Of a stretch of DNA of 64,000 nucleotides, positions 45,344 through 55,000 are shown piece by piece. A program made the position numbers and the translations under genes. Source of the stretch: a virus (taxonomy: Duplodnaviria; Caudoviricetes); the IMG/VR virus record IMGVR_UViG_3300037634_002636, positions 1 to 64,000 of that record. One strand, 5' to 3'. Under the pieces are notes generated by a model. It did no database searches. It saw only the letters and a list, made by a program, of their open reading frames with translations, and was not told the origin of the DNA. Positions within the stretch are counted from its first letter, which is position 1. Every line of letters starts with the position of its first letter.

Positions 45344-45610
45344 ATGGCCTATATGGTAAGCCCTTGCTGTGGGGCAGAATATAACAGTGATGAAGTTCCT
45401 ATAAGTACTTGTTGCGGGGCTAAAAAACAAGAAGATTCTGAGTTATGTGCAGATTTTGATTGTTTAGAGCATGCAGATTTTTTAGAATACCAATGCGTAA
45501 ATTGTAGTGATTGGTTTGAAGAGCCTGAAGAAGACTATGAGTATAAAGAACGTATGAAAGAATCTATTGCGGAAGATCGTATGGATGAAAAAAGAGATAT
45601 GGGAGAATGA
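45344..45610 (+). CDS. Cys-rich zinc-finger protein
   Basis: SPCCGA, STCCGA, CADFDCLEH, CVNC; ATG 45344 preferred. Confidence 0.7.
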   Translation: MAYMVSPCCGAEYNSDEVPISTCCGAKKQEDSELCADFDCLEHADFLEYQCVNCSDWFEEPEEDYEYKERMKESIAEDRMDEKRDMGE

Positions 45611-45747
45611 AAGAAATATATGAAATGATCCTGCAAGAAAAATTAAAAGAAAACTCGAATAAAAAATTTATTCAATGGTTACAGAAACTTACTAAAAATA
45701 AGTTAAAACGAATATTAATTAATCAATATAAAAAATATGAGTATTAA
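45607..45747 (+). CDS. Small hypothetical protein, 46 aa
   Basis: MKEIYEMILQEKLKENSNKK...; ATGA-coupled. Confidence 0.4.
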   Translation: MKEIYEMILQEKLKENSNKKFIQWLQKLTKNKLKRILINQYKKYEY

Positions 45748-48484
45748 AACAATTGATAAACCTATGCAGGGCAGCGCCGGCATAGCTAAAAAGATCAACA
45801 AGGGCGCTGAGAAGATGGTATTTGACATTCTTCAATCCACACAATATTCTATGCCGGTTCAGTCTACAATTAGAGAGTTAGTTACAAATGCATGTGACTC
45901 TCAACGTGAGAAAGAAATAGCTATAGAAATATTGATAGGTACAAAGAAAGTTGAAGACTATTATATTGAGAGGCATGGTCCTCAATATGAAGATAGTAAC
46001 TTTGATATAAGTTATTATAATAGAGATCATTTAGATACTGCATCTGAAATAGAGTTAGTTTATACTAAAAATGAAGGTGTAGGTTATTGTGATACTTTTG
46101 CGGTTACTGACTATGGTGTAGGTATTGGAGCAAGGCGTTTAGAAGGTATATTGGAACTGGGTTATTCTACGAAAAGAAATACCAGTGAAAATTTTGGTGC
46201 CTTTGGTCTTGGTGCAAAAGCTGCGCTATCAACAGGTGTAGACTTTTATACTATAGAAACTATATACAATGGTATGAGGTTTAAATGTAATTGTTATAAT
46301 TACAAAACAGACTTTATTATACCTGCGTTTAACCCGGTAACTGGTACTACAAATCCATTTGTTACATTTAGTGATGGATCTAAAGTTTATTATGTTCCTA
46401 CTGAAGCTACTAATCAAACTACTGTATCATTTGGTGTTAAGAAACACAATCGTAATAAGTTTGAAGAAGCTATTGAAGAGCAGTTAATGTACTTTGATAA
46501 TGTTAACTTTAAAATTCTAGATACAGACGAAGATGCTTGGGAGAAAGAGAAGGTTGTTAATTTTAAAGCTGGAATAATTTATAATTCTAAGAATCTTATA
46601 GTTTCTGATTCATATTATTATAATAAACCACATATTGTACTTGTTAAAGATGAAAATGCTACAACAGGTATTAACTATGGTTATATTGATTTTCGTGAGT
46701 TAGAAATGGAACAAATGTATGGTTCTATTGCTTTCAAATGTCCTGCTCGTCAGGTTGTTACTAATGAAGACGGTACAGAAACTATATTACAAGAGGGTGT
46801 AGATGTTACTCCATCTCGTGAGAAAGTTATATGGAATGAAGCTACTAAAAAATACATTAAAGGTGTAATTATGGCTGCAGCTAAAGAAGCTAGTGATATT
46901 ATAGAAGAAGAATTACAAGAAACTGATTTCCTTAAATGGGTTGATGCTTGTAGGTCAATTATCACTGGGAACAGTAGCGAGAATAGAATTCTTAATAAGC
47001 TTGCACGTATTATAGATACTGATACATTAAAACCTAAATTTAGTCCTGATCCTAGAATTAAATACGGGCCAGCCAATAAACTATTTGAAGGATTACAAAT
47101 AATGAGGCCTTATCAACATAATAATGAGCATAAAAGAGAGACAGTTAAAGATTGGTCTGGATTTGACGCTAAGCATTTTTATAACAGAGAAGATAAATGG
47201 TCTAAATATAAAGATATGTATTTAATGGATAAAGGTCAAGAAGACTCTTATCATAAAAATCATGTTACTACTTATAGTATCCAGGATCTAGATGAAAAGT
47301 ATGATTCTCAAATAGGTAAAGCTACAGGTGATGCTAAAACTAAGTTATCTAAAGAAAAGATTAGAGTTACAGCTAAACGTACCGCTATACTTAAGCTTAT
47401 TGAAGCATCGGAGTGGTATAAAAGCTATGATGATGTTGAAATTCCTGAAGAATGGTTAGCTAATTGTAAAGAAGAAGAAGCAGAAATAGAAGAGAAATCT
47501 AAATTTTCTAATCTTACTGCTGCAGAACGTAGAGAGATAGAAAAAAGAATGGTAGCTTATACAGTTAGATGGGATAAACGTAAAGATGATAATTTTATTA
47601 TGGAAAAGATTGAGCCTAAAGCTAAAGATCTTATGAATAGTAAAAATCGTATTTATTATTGTACTAGAGAGGATGAAGGTAAGATGAAAGCAGCTGCTTT
47701 AATGCTTAAGAACATAGCACCTAAATTTAATCAAGTTTATACTGATGCTGCCAATTATGCTAATGGGAATGATTTTGAATCTCAAGAGTATCCTATATAT
47801 TGGTATGAACATGCCCCTGTTAGATATGCTAATTGGCAGGATACATATCCTGAATGGGCCGTACCTAAGCAAGGATGGGATACACCTCAGCTTATACGTG
47901 TTAGTCAAAATAAAGTTAAGTTTATTAAACAAAACCCTAATGTCAAACACATAGATGAAATCTTTTTACAAACTAACGATAACAATGAATATATTATGGA
48001 TGAATCATTAGTAAAATACTACACAGCTCATAAACTAAAAAAGATAAACCAATTTAAATTTATGCAAGGTTTAGGCTGTATACATGATCAATTACAAAAA
48101 GATTACTGTGAACTTAAAGATTTAAGAGACAATAATTATTCTGAATATGAGTATAGAAATGTAAGTACAATAGTACCAGCTATAACTGATCACATGGATA
48201 AACTATATGAGTTTCAAAAGTTTTGTAATGAATGTGATGACGCAGAAATGATTAAAGATAAATCGAGAGAGTTATTTGTTTTATCTGATATTAGTGCTGC
48301 TAGAGCTGTAGACTTAGATATATTAGCAAAGTATGATAATATATGTGAATTTGCAGAAGAAATTAAACCGCTATTAGATGAATTTGACCTTCTTGAACAA
48401 AGAGAATGTAACATGTCTCCTGAACTTGAGAAAGAATTAAGAGTGTATTTAAGAGCAAAATCAAGAGAAACCTGGGACGAGTAA
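45737..48484 (+). CDS. rIIA: rIIA-like protein (N-terminal GHKL/HATPase domain)
   Basis: IRELVTNACDS, DYGVGI, YSTKR..GAFGLGAK, VDVTPSREKV; paired with an rIIB-like gene. Confidence 0.8.
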   Translation: MSIKTIDKPMQGSAGIAKKINKGAEKMVFDILQSTQYSMPVQSTIRELVTNACDSQREKEIAIEILIGTKKVEDYYIERHGPQYEDSNFDISYYNRDHLDTASEIELVYTKNEGVGYCDTFAVTDYGVGIGARRLEGILELGYSTKRNTSENFGAFGLGAKAALSTGVDFYTIETIYNGMRFKCNCYNYKTDFIIPAFNPVTGTTNPFVTFSDGSKVYYVPTEATNQTTVSFGVKKHNRNKFEEAIEEQLMYFDNVNFKILDTDEDAWEKEKVVNFKAGIIYNSKNLIVSDSYYYNKPHIVLVKDENATTGINYGYIDFRELEMEQMYGSIAFKCPARQVVTNEDGTETILQEGVDVTPSREKVIWNEATKKYIKGVIMAAAKEASDIIEEELQETDFLKWVDACRSIITGNSSENRILNKLARIIDTDTLKPKFSPDPRIKYGPANKLFEGLQIMRPYQHNNEHKRETVKDWSGFDAKHFYNREDKWSKYKDMYLMDKGQEDSYHKNHVTTYSIQDLDEKYDSQIGKATGDAKTKLSKEKIRVTAKRTAILKLIEASEWYKSYDDVEIPEEWLANCKEEEAEIEEKSKFSNLTAAERREIEKRMVAYTVRWDKRKDDNFIMEKIEPKAKDLMNSKNRIYYCTREDEGKMKAAALMLKNIAPKFNQVYTDAANYANGNDFESQEYPIYWYEHAPVRYANWQDTYPEWAVPKQGWDTPQLIRVSQNKVKFIKQNPNVKHIDEIFLQTNDNNEYIMDESLVKYYTAHKLKKINQFKFMQGLGCIHDQLQKDYCELKDLRDNNYSEYEYRNVSTIVPAITDHMDKLYEFQKFCNECDDAEMIKDKSRELFVLSDISAARAVDLDILAKYDNICEFAEEIKPLLDEFDLLEQRECNMSPELEKELRVYLRAKSRETWDE

Positions 48485-48523
48485 TAAAGCTAGTTCCTTT
48501 AACCAATTTAAATAAAGTAAATT

Positions 48524-49690
48524 ATGATTACAATTAATGTCATAGAAGACAAAATATGTGGATCGTATGGGGATAACCCATTTACGGTAGAATATAGCAA
48601 AGAGCTATATGATGAAATGCAAAAACTAGCTGCAGAAAGTGCTAGTGTTAAAACAATAGATGACTACAAAACTATTATAAGTGAATTTGCAGACTTATGT
48701 ATTGTAGATTATACTAAAACCATTGAAACACAATGTGAATACATTTATGTTAACAAGGGAACGGGAGAATTCTTTCTTAAGCACGAAGGTGTGGTGTCTA
48801 CGATACCTATGCCTCAAGCGCTAGTAGATAGAATATTTGAATCCTTAGATAAAGATCTAGACTTTATGCCTTTAGTTAAAATGTGGACTAGATGGTTACG
48901 TAACCCAATCTTGTGGAGAAAGATGAAGCAAGGTCACGGGAACGATTTCTGTGAGAGATTCTTTAACTTTGTGAATATGCAATATGTTCACCCAAAACAT
49001 AAAGAAGATCTTATAGAGCAAGGTCTTACTGATGAAGCAGCTTCTAAAAGAGCGACAATGTACCAAATGAAAATCACCCATGAGGGATTACTTAATGGTT
49101 ATAAGGTCTCTAGTGAAGTGCTTCATAAGTATGACGCAGAAACCGGTGAACAAGTTGATCGTTATAAAAGAACGTTCAATATTGATACTGGTGAGATAGA
49201 TGGTGAAGGATTACCTGAATTTGTAGAAGATAGATTATTTGAACCTTCTATGATGGGCTCAAGGGGTGACGCTTTCTTCTGTGAAGGGCCTAATGGCTTT
49301 GCTAATCCAGGCCATTTTATCAAAGTTGGGTGTACTCATAGACTAGAAGATTGGAGCCAAGTTAATGTTAATGATACTATATCATGCGTTAAAGGTCTTC
49401 ATATTGGCGGTCTTAAGTATATTAATTGCTATAGTGGAGAAATCCACAATATCTTTGTAGACCCTATGCACATCGGAGCAGTACCAGATGATACTGATGG
49501 AGCTATAAGATGTAAGCAATATTTTGTTCATTCATCTCTTGTTGGGGTGAATGGATCTATTTATCATAGTTCTAGCTATGCAGCAATGACTGATGCAGAA
49601 TGGGACGATATGAGAGCTAAAGCTGTTCAAGAAAGAGCAGAGAAAAAGGTTCAACAAGACAGAGAGATTGCAGAGATAAATGCTTTGTAG
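48524..49690 (+). CDS. rIIB: rIIB-like protein
   Basis: WLRNP, ITHEGLLNGYK, CVKGLHIGG..Y..VDPMHIGAVP..RCKQY. Confidence 0.8.
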   Translation: MITINVIEDKICGSYGDNPFTVEYSKELYDEMQKLAAESASVKTIDDYKTIISEFADLCIVDYTKTIETQCEYIYVNKGTGEFFLKHEGVVSTIPMPQALVDRIFESLDKDLDFMPLVKMWTRWLRNPILWRKMKQGHGNDFCERFFNFVNMQYVHPKHKEDLIEQGLTDEAASKRATMYQMKITHEGLLNGYKVSSEVLHKYDAETGEQVDRYKRTFNIDTGEIDGEGLPEFVEDRLFEPSMMGSRGDAFFCEGPNGFANPGHFIKVGCTHRLEDWSQVNVNDTISCVKGLHIGGLKYINCYSGEIHNIFVDPMHIGAVPDDTDGAIRCKQYFVHSSLVGVNGSIYHSSSYAAMTDAEWDDMRAKAVQERAEKKVQQDREIAEINAL

Positions 49691-49806
49691 TTAGTTATGA
49701 TAAGATATAATTGGGGAGAGAGAACTAGATAGTATATGAAATATTGCGTTAGTAATATACATACGGTTATGCAATCTCTCCCCTTTATATCACAAAATAA
49801 ATTAAT

Positions 49807-50577
49807 ATGATAAGAAAAATAGCATTAATAGACGGTGATAGTCTATTATATTATGAGATGGGAAAACCTACTTTAGAAGAAGCTATGGAAAATTTAGATA
49901 CTAGAATTAAACATATACTAAATTTTGCTGGAACTAATGAATATTTAGGTTTTCTTACTTTAAGTCGATGTTTTAGATATGAAAGAGCTAAAACGCGTCC
50001 TTATAAGTATAATCGTAAAGGAGGTACATCAAAACCACCTATATTTTATGCTTTAAAAGAATATATTCAACAAAAATGGGGGTTTTTAGGTATAAAAGGT
50101 TTGGAAGCAGATGATTTAGTAGCGATATTTCAAGAAGAACTTATATCTACTCCTTTAACCCAAACAATTATATGTAGTCCTGATAAAGATGTTCTTAAAC
50201 AATTAATAGGAACACATTTTAATTATGGAAAAATGGAATATATTGAAACAACTGAAGAAGAAGCGAATAAATTTTTATTGATGCAAGTACTAATGGGTGA
50301 TTCCACAGACGGTATTCCTGGTATCCCAAAAGTTGGACCTAAAACTGCAGAAAAATGGGTGAATGATAACCCATCTTTTGAAATGATTCTAGAAAAATAT
50401 CAAGAAAAATTTGGTATTAGAGAAGGAATTCATAAATTTGCAGAGACTTTTGACTTAGTTTATCTTATACGAACTTCAAAGGAGGCATTAGATTTAAGTA
50501 TAGAAATACCTAAATTAAAGATTCTTAAATTTAATATTGAAGAAGAAATAACAGACGATGACAGTGAATGGAACTAA
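49807..50577 (+). CDS. 5'-3' exonuclease/RNase H (T7 gp6/FEN-like)
   Basis: LIDGDS, YKYNR, LEADD, SPDKD, GDSTDGIPGIPKVGPKTA. Confidence 0.9.
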   Translation: MIRKIALIDGDSLLYYEMGKPTLEEAMENLDTRIKHILNFAGTNEYLGFLTLSRCFRYERAKTRPYKYNRKGGTSKPPIFYALKEYIQQKWGFLGIKGLEADDLVAIFQEELISTPLTQTIICSPDKDVLKQLIGTHFNYGKMEYIETTEEEANKFLLMQVLMGDSTDGIPGIPKVGPKTAEKWVNDNPSFEMILEKYQEKFGIREGIHKFAETFDLVYLIRTSKEALDLSIEIPKLKILKFNIEEEITDDDSEWN

Positions 50578-51301
50578 CATATCATTTCAACCACTTAGTG
50601 CTACATCAGTAAGAGTGCAAGGAAATACTGAAGATATAATCCCTTCTTATTTTAAAGACGAATTATTATCTTTAGAGTTTCCAACAGGTAAAAAGATTTC
50701 AATAGGAGAAACTATAAAAATTAAAAAAATACCATATAAGATCAATATTATAGATAGTATAATTATTGATGATGAGTTATTTTATGATTTAAAAGTAGCT
50801 TCTCCTACAAAATCTTCGTTATTTATACTTCCTATGTTAGGAGGCAATCGTACATTATTATTTTATGATAGTTTATTAGTTAATACCTTTATAGAAACCA
50901 ATGAAGATGAAGATTGTATTGCTTTATTATATAGAAAATCTACTAAGAAAGTATTTAAAGAATTTTGTGAATTATTATTAGAAACAAAATCTTTTAAGAG
51001 AACTTATGAGCCTACTAAATATCATGTGATATTTATATTTAATATACCTTATAAACAGAAATTTAATTATAAAATATTTAAGAAAGGACAATATTCTAAA
51101 TTTAAAGATGAGTATAAATTAAAAATATTAGATTTTCATAGATGGGATATAGATGGTCCTATGGGACAAATCTTATTCAAATCAAGCGAAAGAAAAAAGC
51201 AATTAGAAGAAAGACTAGATGCTATATTACCAGAAGGTTCTGAATTATATAGTATAATGAATAAAAAAGAAGAAACGTTTAACGAAAATTATTATTTTTA
51301 A
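50558..51301 (+). CDS. Conserved phage hypothetical protein
   Basis: ORF track; FILPML and FKKGQYSK motifs. Confidence 0.7.
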   Translation: MTVNGTNISFQPLSATSVRVQGNTEDIIPSYFKDELLSLEFPTGKKISIGETIKIKKIPYKINIIDSIIIDDELFYDLKVASPTKSSLFILPMLGGNRTLLFYDSLLVNTFIETNEDEDCIALLYRKSTKKVFKEFCELLLETKSFKRTYEPTKYHVIFIFNIPYKQKFNYKIFKKGQYSKFKDEYKLKILDFHRWDIDGPMGQILFKSSERKKQLEERLDAILPEGSELYSIMNKKEETFNENYYF

Positions 51302-51302
51302 A

Positions 51303-51716
51303 ATGACAAAAAAGAAAAAAGAAGTAAAATGTTCTGTACCTAAAGGTGCAGAATTTAACACAAGTTATACTATACCTAATGAAAATATGGATACTACAAT
51401 ACATAGTAAATATTATTGGGAGTATGAAAGAAACGGACGAGTTGATATTAGTAATATTTTTTCTGATCAAGTAGATAATATAGTTATAGAGATAACAAAT
51501 CTATTAAAAGAAAAAAACAAAGCATATGGAAATACAGCGCTTAATCCTCCTAAAATATTTAGTAAACTAAATTCTACAGAGGCTTTATGTGCTAGAATAG
51601 ATGATAAAATTTCAAGAATTAAAAATAAAGGAATTAATGATGAAACAGAAGATACAGTAAGTGATTTAATAGGATATTTAATATTATTAAAAATATCAAT
51701 GAATGAAAAAGAATAA
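51303..51716 (+). CDS. Nucleotide-modification-associated domain protein (DUF1599/Nmad1-like)
   Basis: LLKEKNKAYG, RIDDKISRI, EDTVSDLIGYLIL. Confidence 0.75.
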   Translation: MTKKKKEVKCSVPKGAEFNTSYTIPNENMDTTIHSKYYWEYERNGRVDISNIFSDQVDNIVIEITNLLKEKNKAYGNTALNPPKIFSKLNSTEALCARIDDKISRIKNKGINDETEDTVSDLIGYLILLKISMNEKE

Positions 51717-52038
51717 ATTATACAAACCATTACCTGACTATTTATCAATAGGGCCCTCTTCTATACATGGGGCAGGTATTATTGCTAAGGAAGATATTCC
51801 TTCTGATATTGAGATAGGAATAAGTCACGTATATGATCCTAATTTTCAACATGAATACATACGCACACCTCTTGGTGGGTTTATAAATCATTCAGAAAAA
51901 CCTAATTGTGAATTAATAGATGATGATGAGAACACTGATTATAAAAAGATTAAAACTATTAAAAAGATAGAACAAGGTAAAGAATTAACATTAAAATATA
52001 GTTTATATGATATATGTGATTATTTAGATTGTAAATAA
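51703..52038 (+). CDS. SET-domain protein (putative lysine methyltransferase)
   Basis: SSIHGAGIIAKEDI, GFINHSEKPNC and IEQGKELTLKY are SET signature motifs. Confidence 0.85.
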   Translation: MKKNKLYKPLPDYLSIGPSSIHGAGIIAKEDIPSDIEIGISHVYDPNFQHEYIRTPLGGFINHSEKPNCELIDDDENTDYKKIKTIKKIEQGKELTLKYSLYDICDYLDCK

Positions 52039-52042
52039 AAAG

Positions 52043-52068
52043 AAAAGGGGCTTTTGCCCCTTTTTTTT
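52043..52068. terminator. Bidirectional terminator at the convergent strand switch
   Basis: AAAAGGGGC-TTTT-GCCCCTTTTTTTT. Confidence 0.9.
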
Positions 52069-55000
52069 ACCTTTCTATCAAACCGTATCGTTCTAATTCA
52101 TATCCCATAGATAAAAATGGTATATCTTTTCTCATTGCATCTGGAGAAGTTGCTTCTATTAAACTATTTAAATGTGTAATTACAGCAAATGGATTTTTAA
52201 GAGTTCTAGCAAGTTCAAAAGGGTCTAACCCTTGAAGTGCATCCTTTCTTAAATAAACCAATCTTTGGAATATTGCATCCTCATCATCTCCATCCATACC
52301 AGATAACGCAAATCCCATAAGGAAATATACTAAAAATTTAGAATGTATCCCTATAATATCATGTTTATCTCTTTCATTTAAATTACCCCATTTATAATTA
52401 GTGTATTGTCCGCCGAATAAACTACCAATTGTAGTTTTTAATAACAACTTAGCTCTACCTTCATGTTCCCAAGTTTTCCAATCCATAACATCCATATCAA
52501 CCATCTCACCATCAATTTCTACTTCTTGTTTAATTCTATTGCCATTTTCATCTGTAAATTCCTGAAATGCACCTAAATGTACATCATCTTTTCTAGACTC
52601 CCATTCTTGAATTAATAATGCAGGTAAATATTTTTTAAATTGCACTGCCCACACACCTACTGAAGTACTCTCTAATAACATTCTTTCATGTGATCTATAA
52701 GCACCATGTACATCAGTAGATGTTTTTAACATTCTAATTATTTCATCTTCTGTTAACTCATCAATTATAGTTTTTTTACCACTAGGTTCAATCCTTACTC
52801 CCCTTATATTTCTTTTTCCATTTTTAACTTTCATAAAAGTACCATCGTCATTATAATTGTCCCAAATAGAAGACTTATCTGGCATCTTTATTCTTCTCAT
52901 TTGTGCAGCTAAAAATAATGCATGCCCCCATTCTTCATGGATAGCATGAAAAAAGAATAATTTATCATAACTAAGCCCCTTATTCTTTAAAAACATCATA
53001 TCTGAATTATCTACAGCATAATCATAGTTATCTGGTAAATATTTAAAACGTCTTAATAAATTATGTAGTTTATTTTCAGATGGTTTATCTGTAAATGAAT
53101 TTTTAATCTGATCTGCAAAATATCCTGCAACTATTTTAGAGCCCCATATAAGATCACTTGTTGTTAAATCAATAGCACTAGGATGATAACCGGCACGCTT
53201 AGCAATACTTCCTTGAAGACCTTTCATAACAGTAAACATAGTAATAAGTAATCCGTTTACTGTACCAGCAATAACTTTAAAGAATAAAGCTTTACCCGTA
53301 GTTAAATGTTTCATTGCCATCATTATTTTAAATAAACTAATATTAAAACTTCGTCTATTAGTTAAAGTAGCTGGTTTAGTTTTATCAAAAAATGGATTTA
53401 CTATAGAGAATTGTTTAGAAGACCAATGATCTCTTCTACCCGCTGCTCTTTCTTCCATAACAGAACTAATTATAAAATTCTCCATAAAGTTTTCATAATT
53501 CTTCCACCCTTTATCATCATCCCCTTTAACCCTTTTCATTGTATTGTAAAAACTTTTTAAACCATCTCCTAAAGCTACTACAAAATCCATTTCTTGTTTA
53601 CGTATAAGATTACCAACAAAACTATAATGCATGTTTTCTAAGTTAAAAGAATGGAGCTCATCTGCTATAATACCTGAAGACCCTATATATCTAACAGGAA
53701 TATGGGCATTTATAGAATCTGTTTGTCCATAGTAATTTTCTTCAAGAAATAATGAAAAAGTCTTTGCGGCAAAATTATTAAGCACTCTTCCGGTACCTTT
53801 CCATCTTCTTGTAATAAAATTTTCATCATCATACCTTTCATAAGCTTCTCCCGTTTCCATAGGAAGCCTAGGCATAAAGTTTTTGTGTAATTTACCGTCT
53901 ACAACCGCATTATCTACATCATGCATCCCAATATGTTTAGAATAAGGAACTCCACTTTCCATTTTTTTCTCCATAAGAGCATTCCACTCTGTATTCCATG
54001 TAGTATGTAAATGTTCTAACAACTCATATTGAGCTTTAGTTATTTCTTCATTAGCTCTTTTCTTTTGGGCGTCTTCTAAGCTTATCATATATACCCCTGG
54101 AGTCTGTACACCATCCATTCTTTGTTCAAAAGCAAAACTAAAAGCATCCTTATACGAATACTTAGATAATTGACCAAAAGATAAAGCACCTATGGCTTTA
54201 GCTCCAAGATTATCAGCCATATATTCAGATTTAACGGCTGCAAATAACTTTTGTGCCTTTTGTTTCTCATCTTCTATTCTCTTTTGATATTTATTAGTAG
54301 CTTTGAAGAATATTTTTGCAAATGCTTGTATTCTAGGACTTGCTATATTATATATTGAACTAGCCCAAGTTTTAAAATTACCAAAATCTTTTTCAGAATT
54401 TAAAGATTCTTTGGAAATTTTAGTTAATTCTAGATATTCATTAGTTAATACTTGAAGTAATTCTTCGTCTTCATATATATCAGAAGACATTCCTGGAGTC
54501 TTAATTTTATTTCTTAACACTTCTATATCTTTTTCTAACCCTTGCAGTTGCTCTTCCATAGGTAAATGATCATATTTAGATAAAGCAGCGCTATTTCTAA
54601 TCTTGGTTGTAGTATAATTATCACCATTTAATAAATCTGCAGCCATCAATCTCTGATATACTTCAGGTTTTTCAGCTTGTAAATAATTACCAACAATAGT
54701 AAGATAATCTTTTAAATGTACTTCATAAGGAGCTTTAAATGGATTATTTCTTTCTAAATGCTGAACAATAACTTGTCTAAATTTTGCATCTGGCATATGC
54801 TCTTTAACCATTATAGCCCTTAAAGCTAATTCTAACATAGCTTTACTTAATTTACTATTAGAAACATTATCTAAGGTACCATTAGAATATCTCATCATTT
54901 CTGTAGTAGTTTTATCATTTAAAAAATACCCACCAGATTTCCAATCTACCATACTTAAAGTACCATCATCATGTTGAATCAAACCATCTATCTGTGTAGC

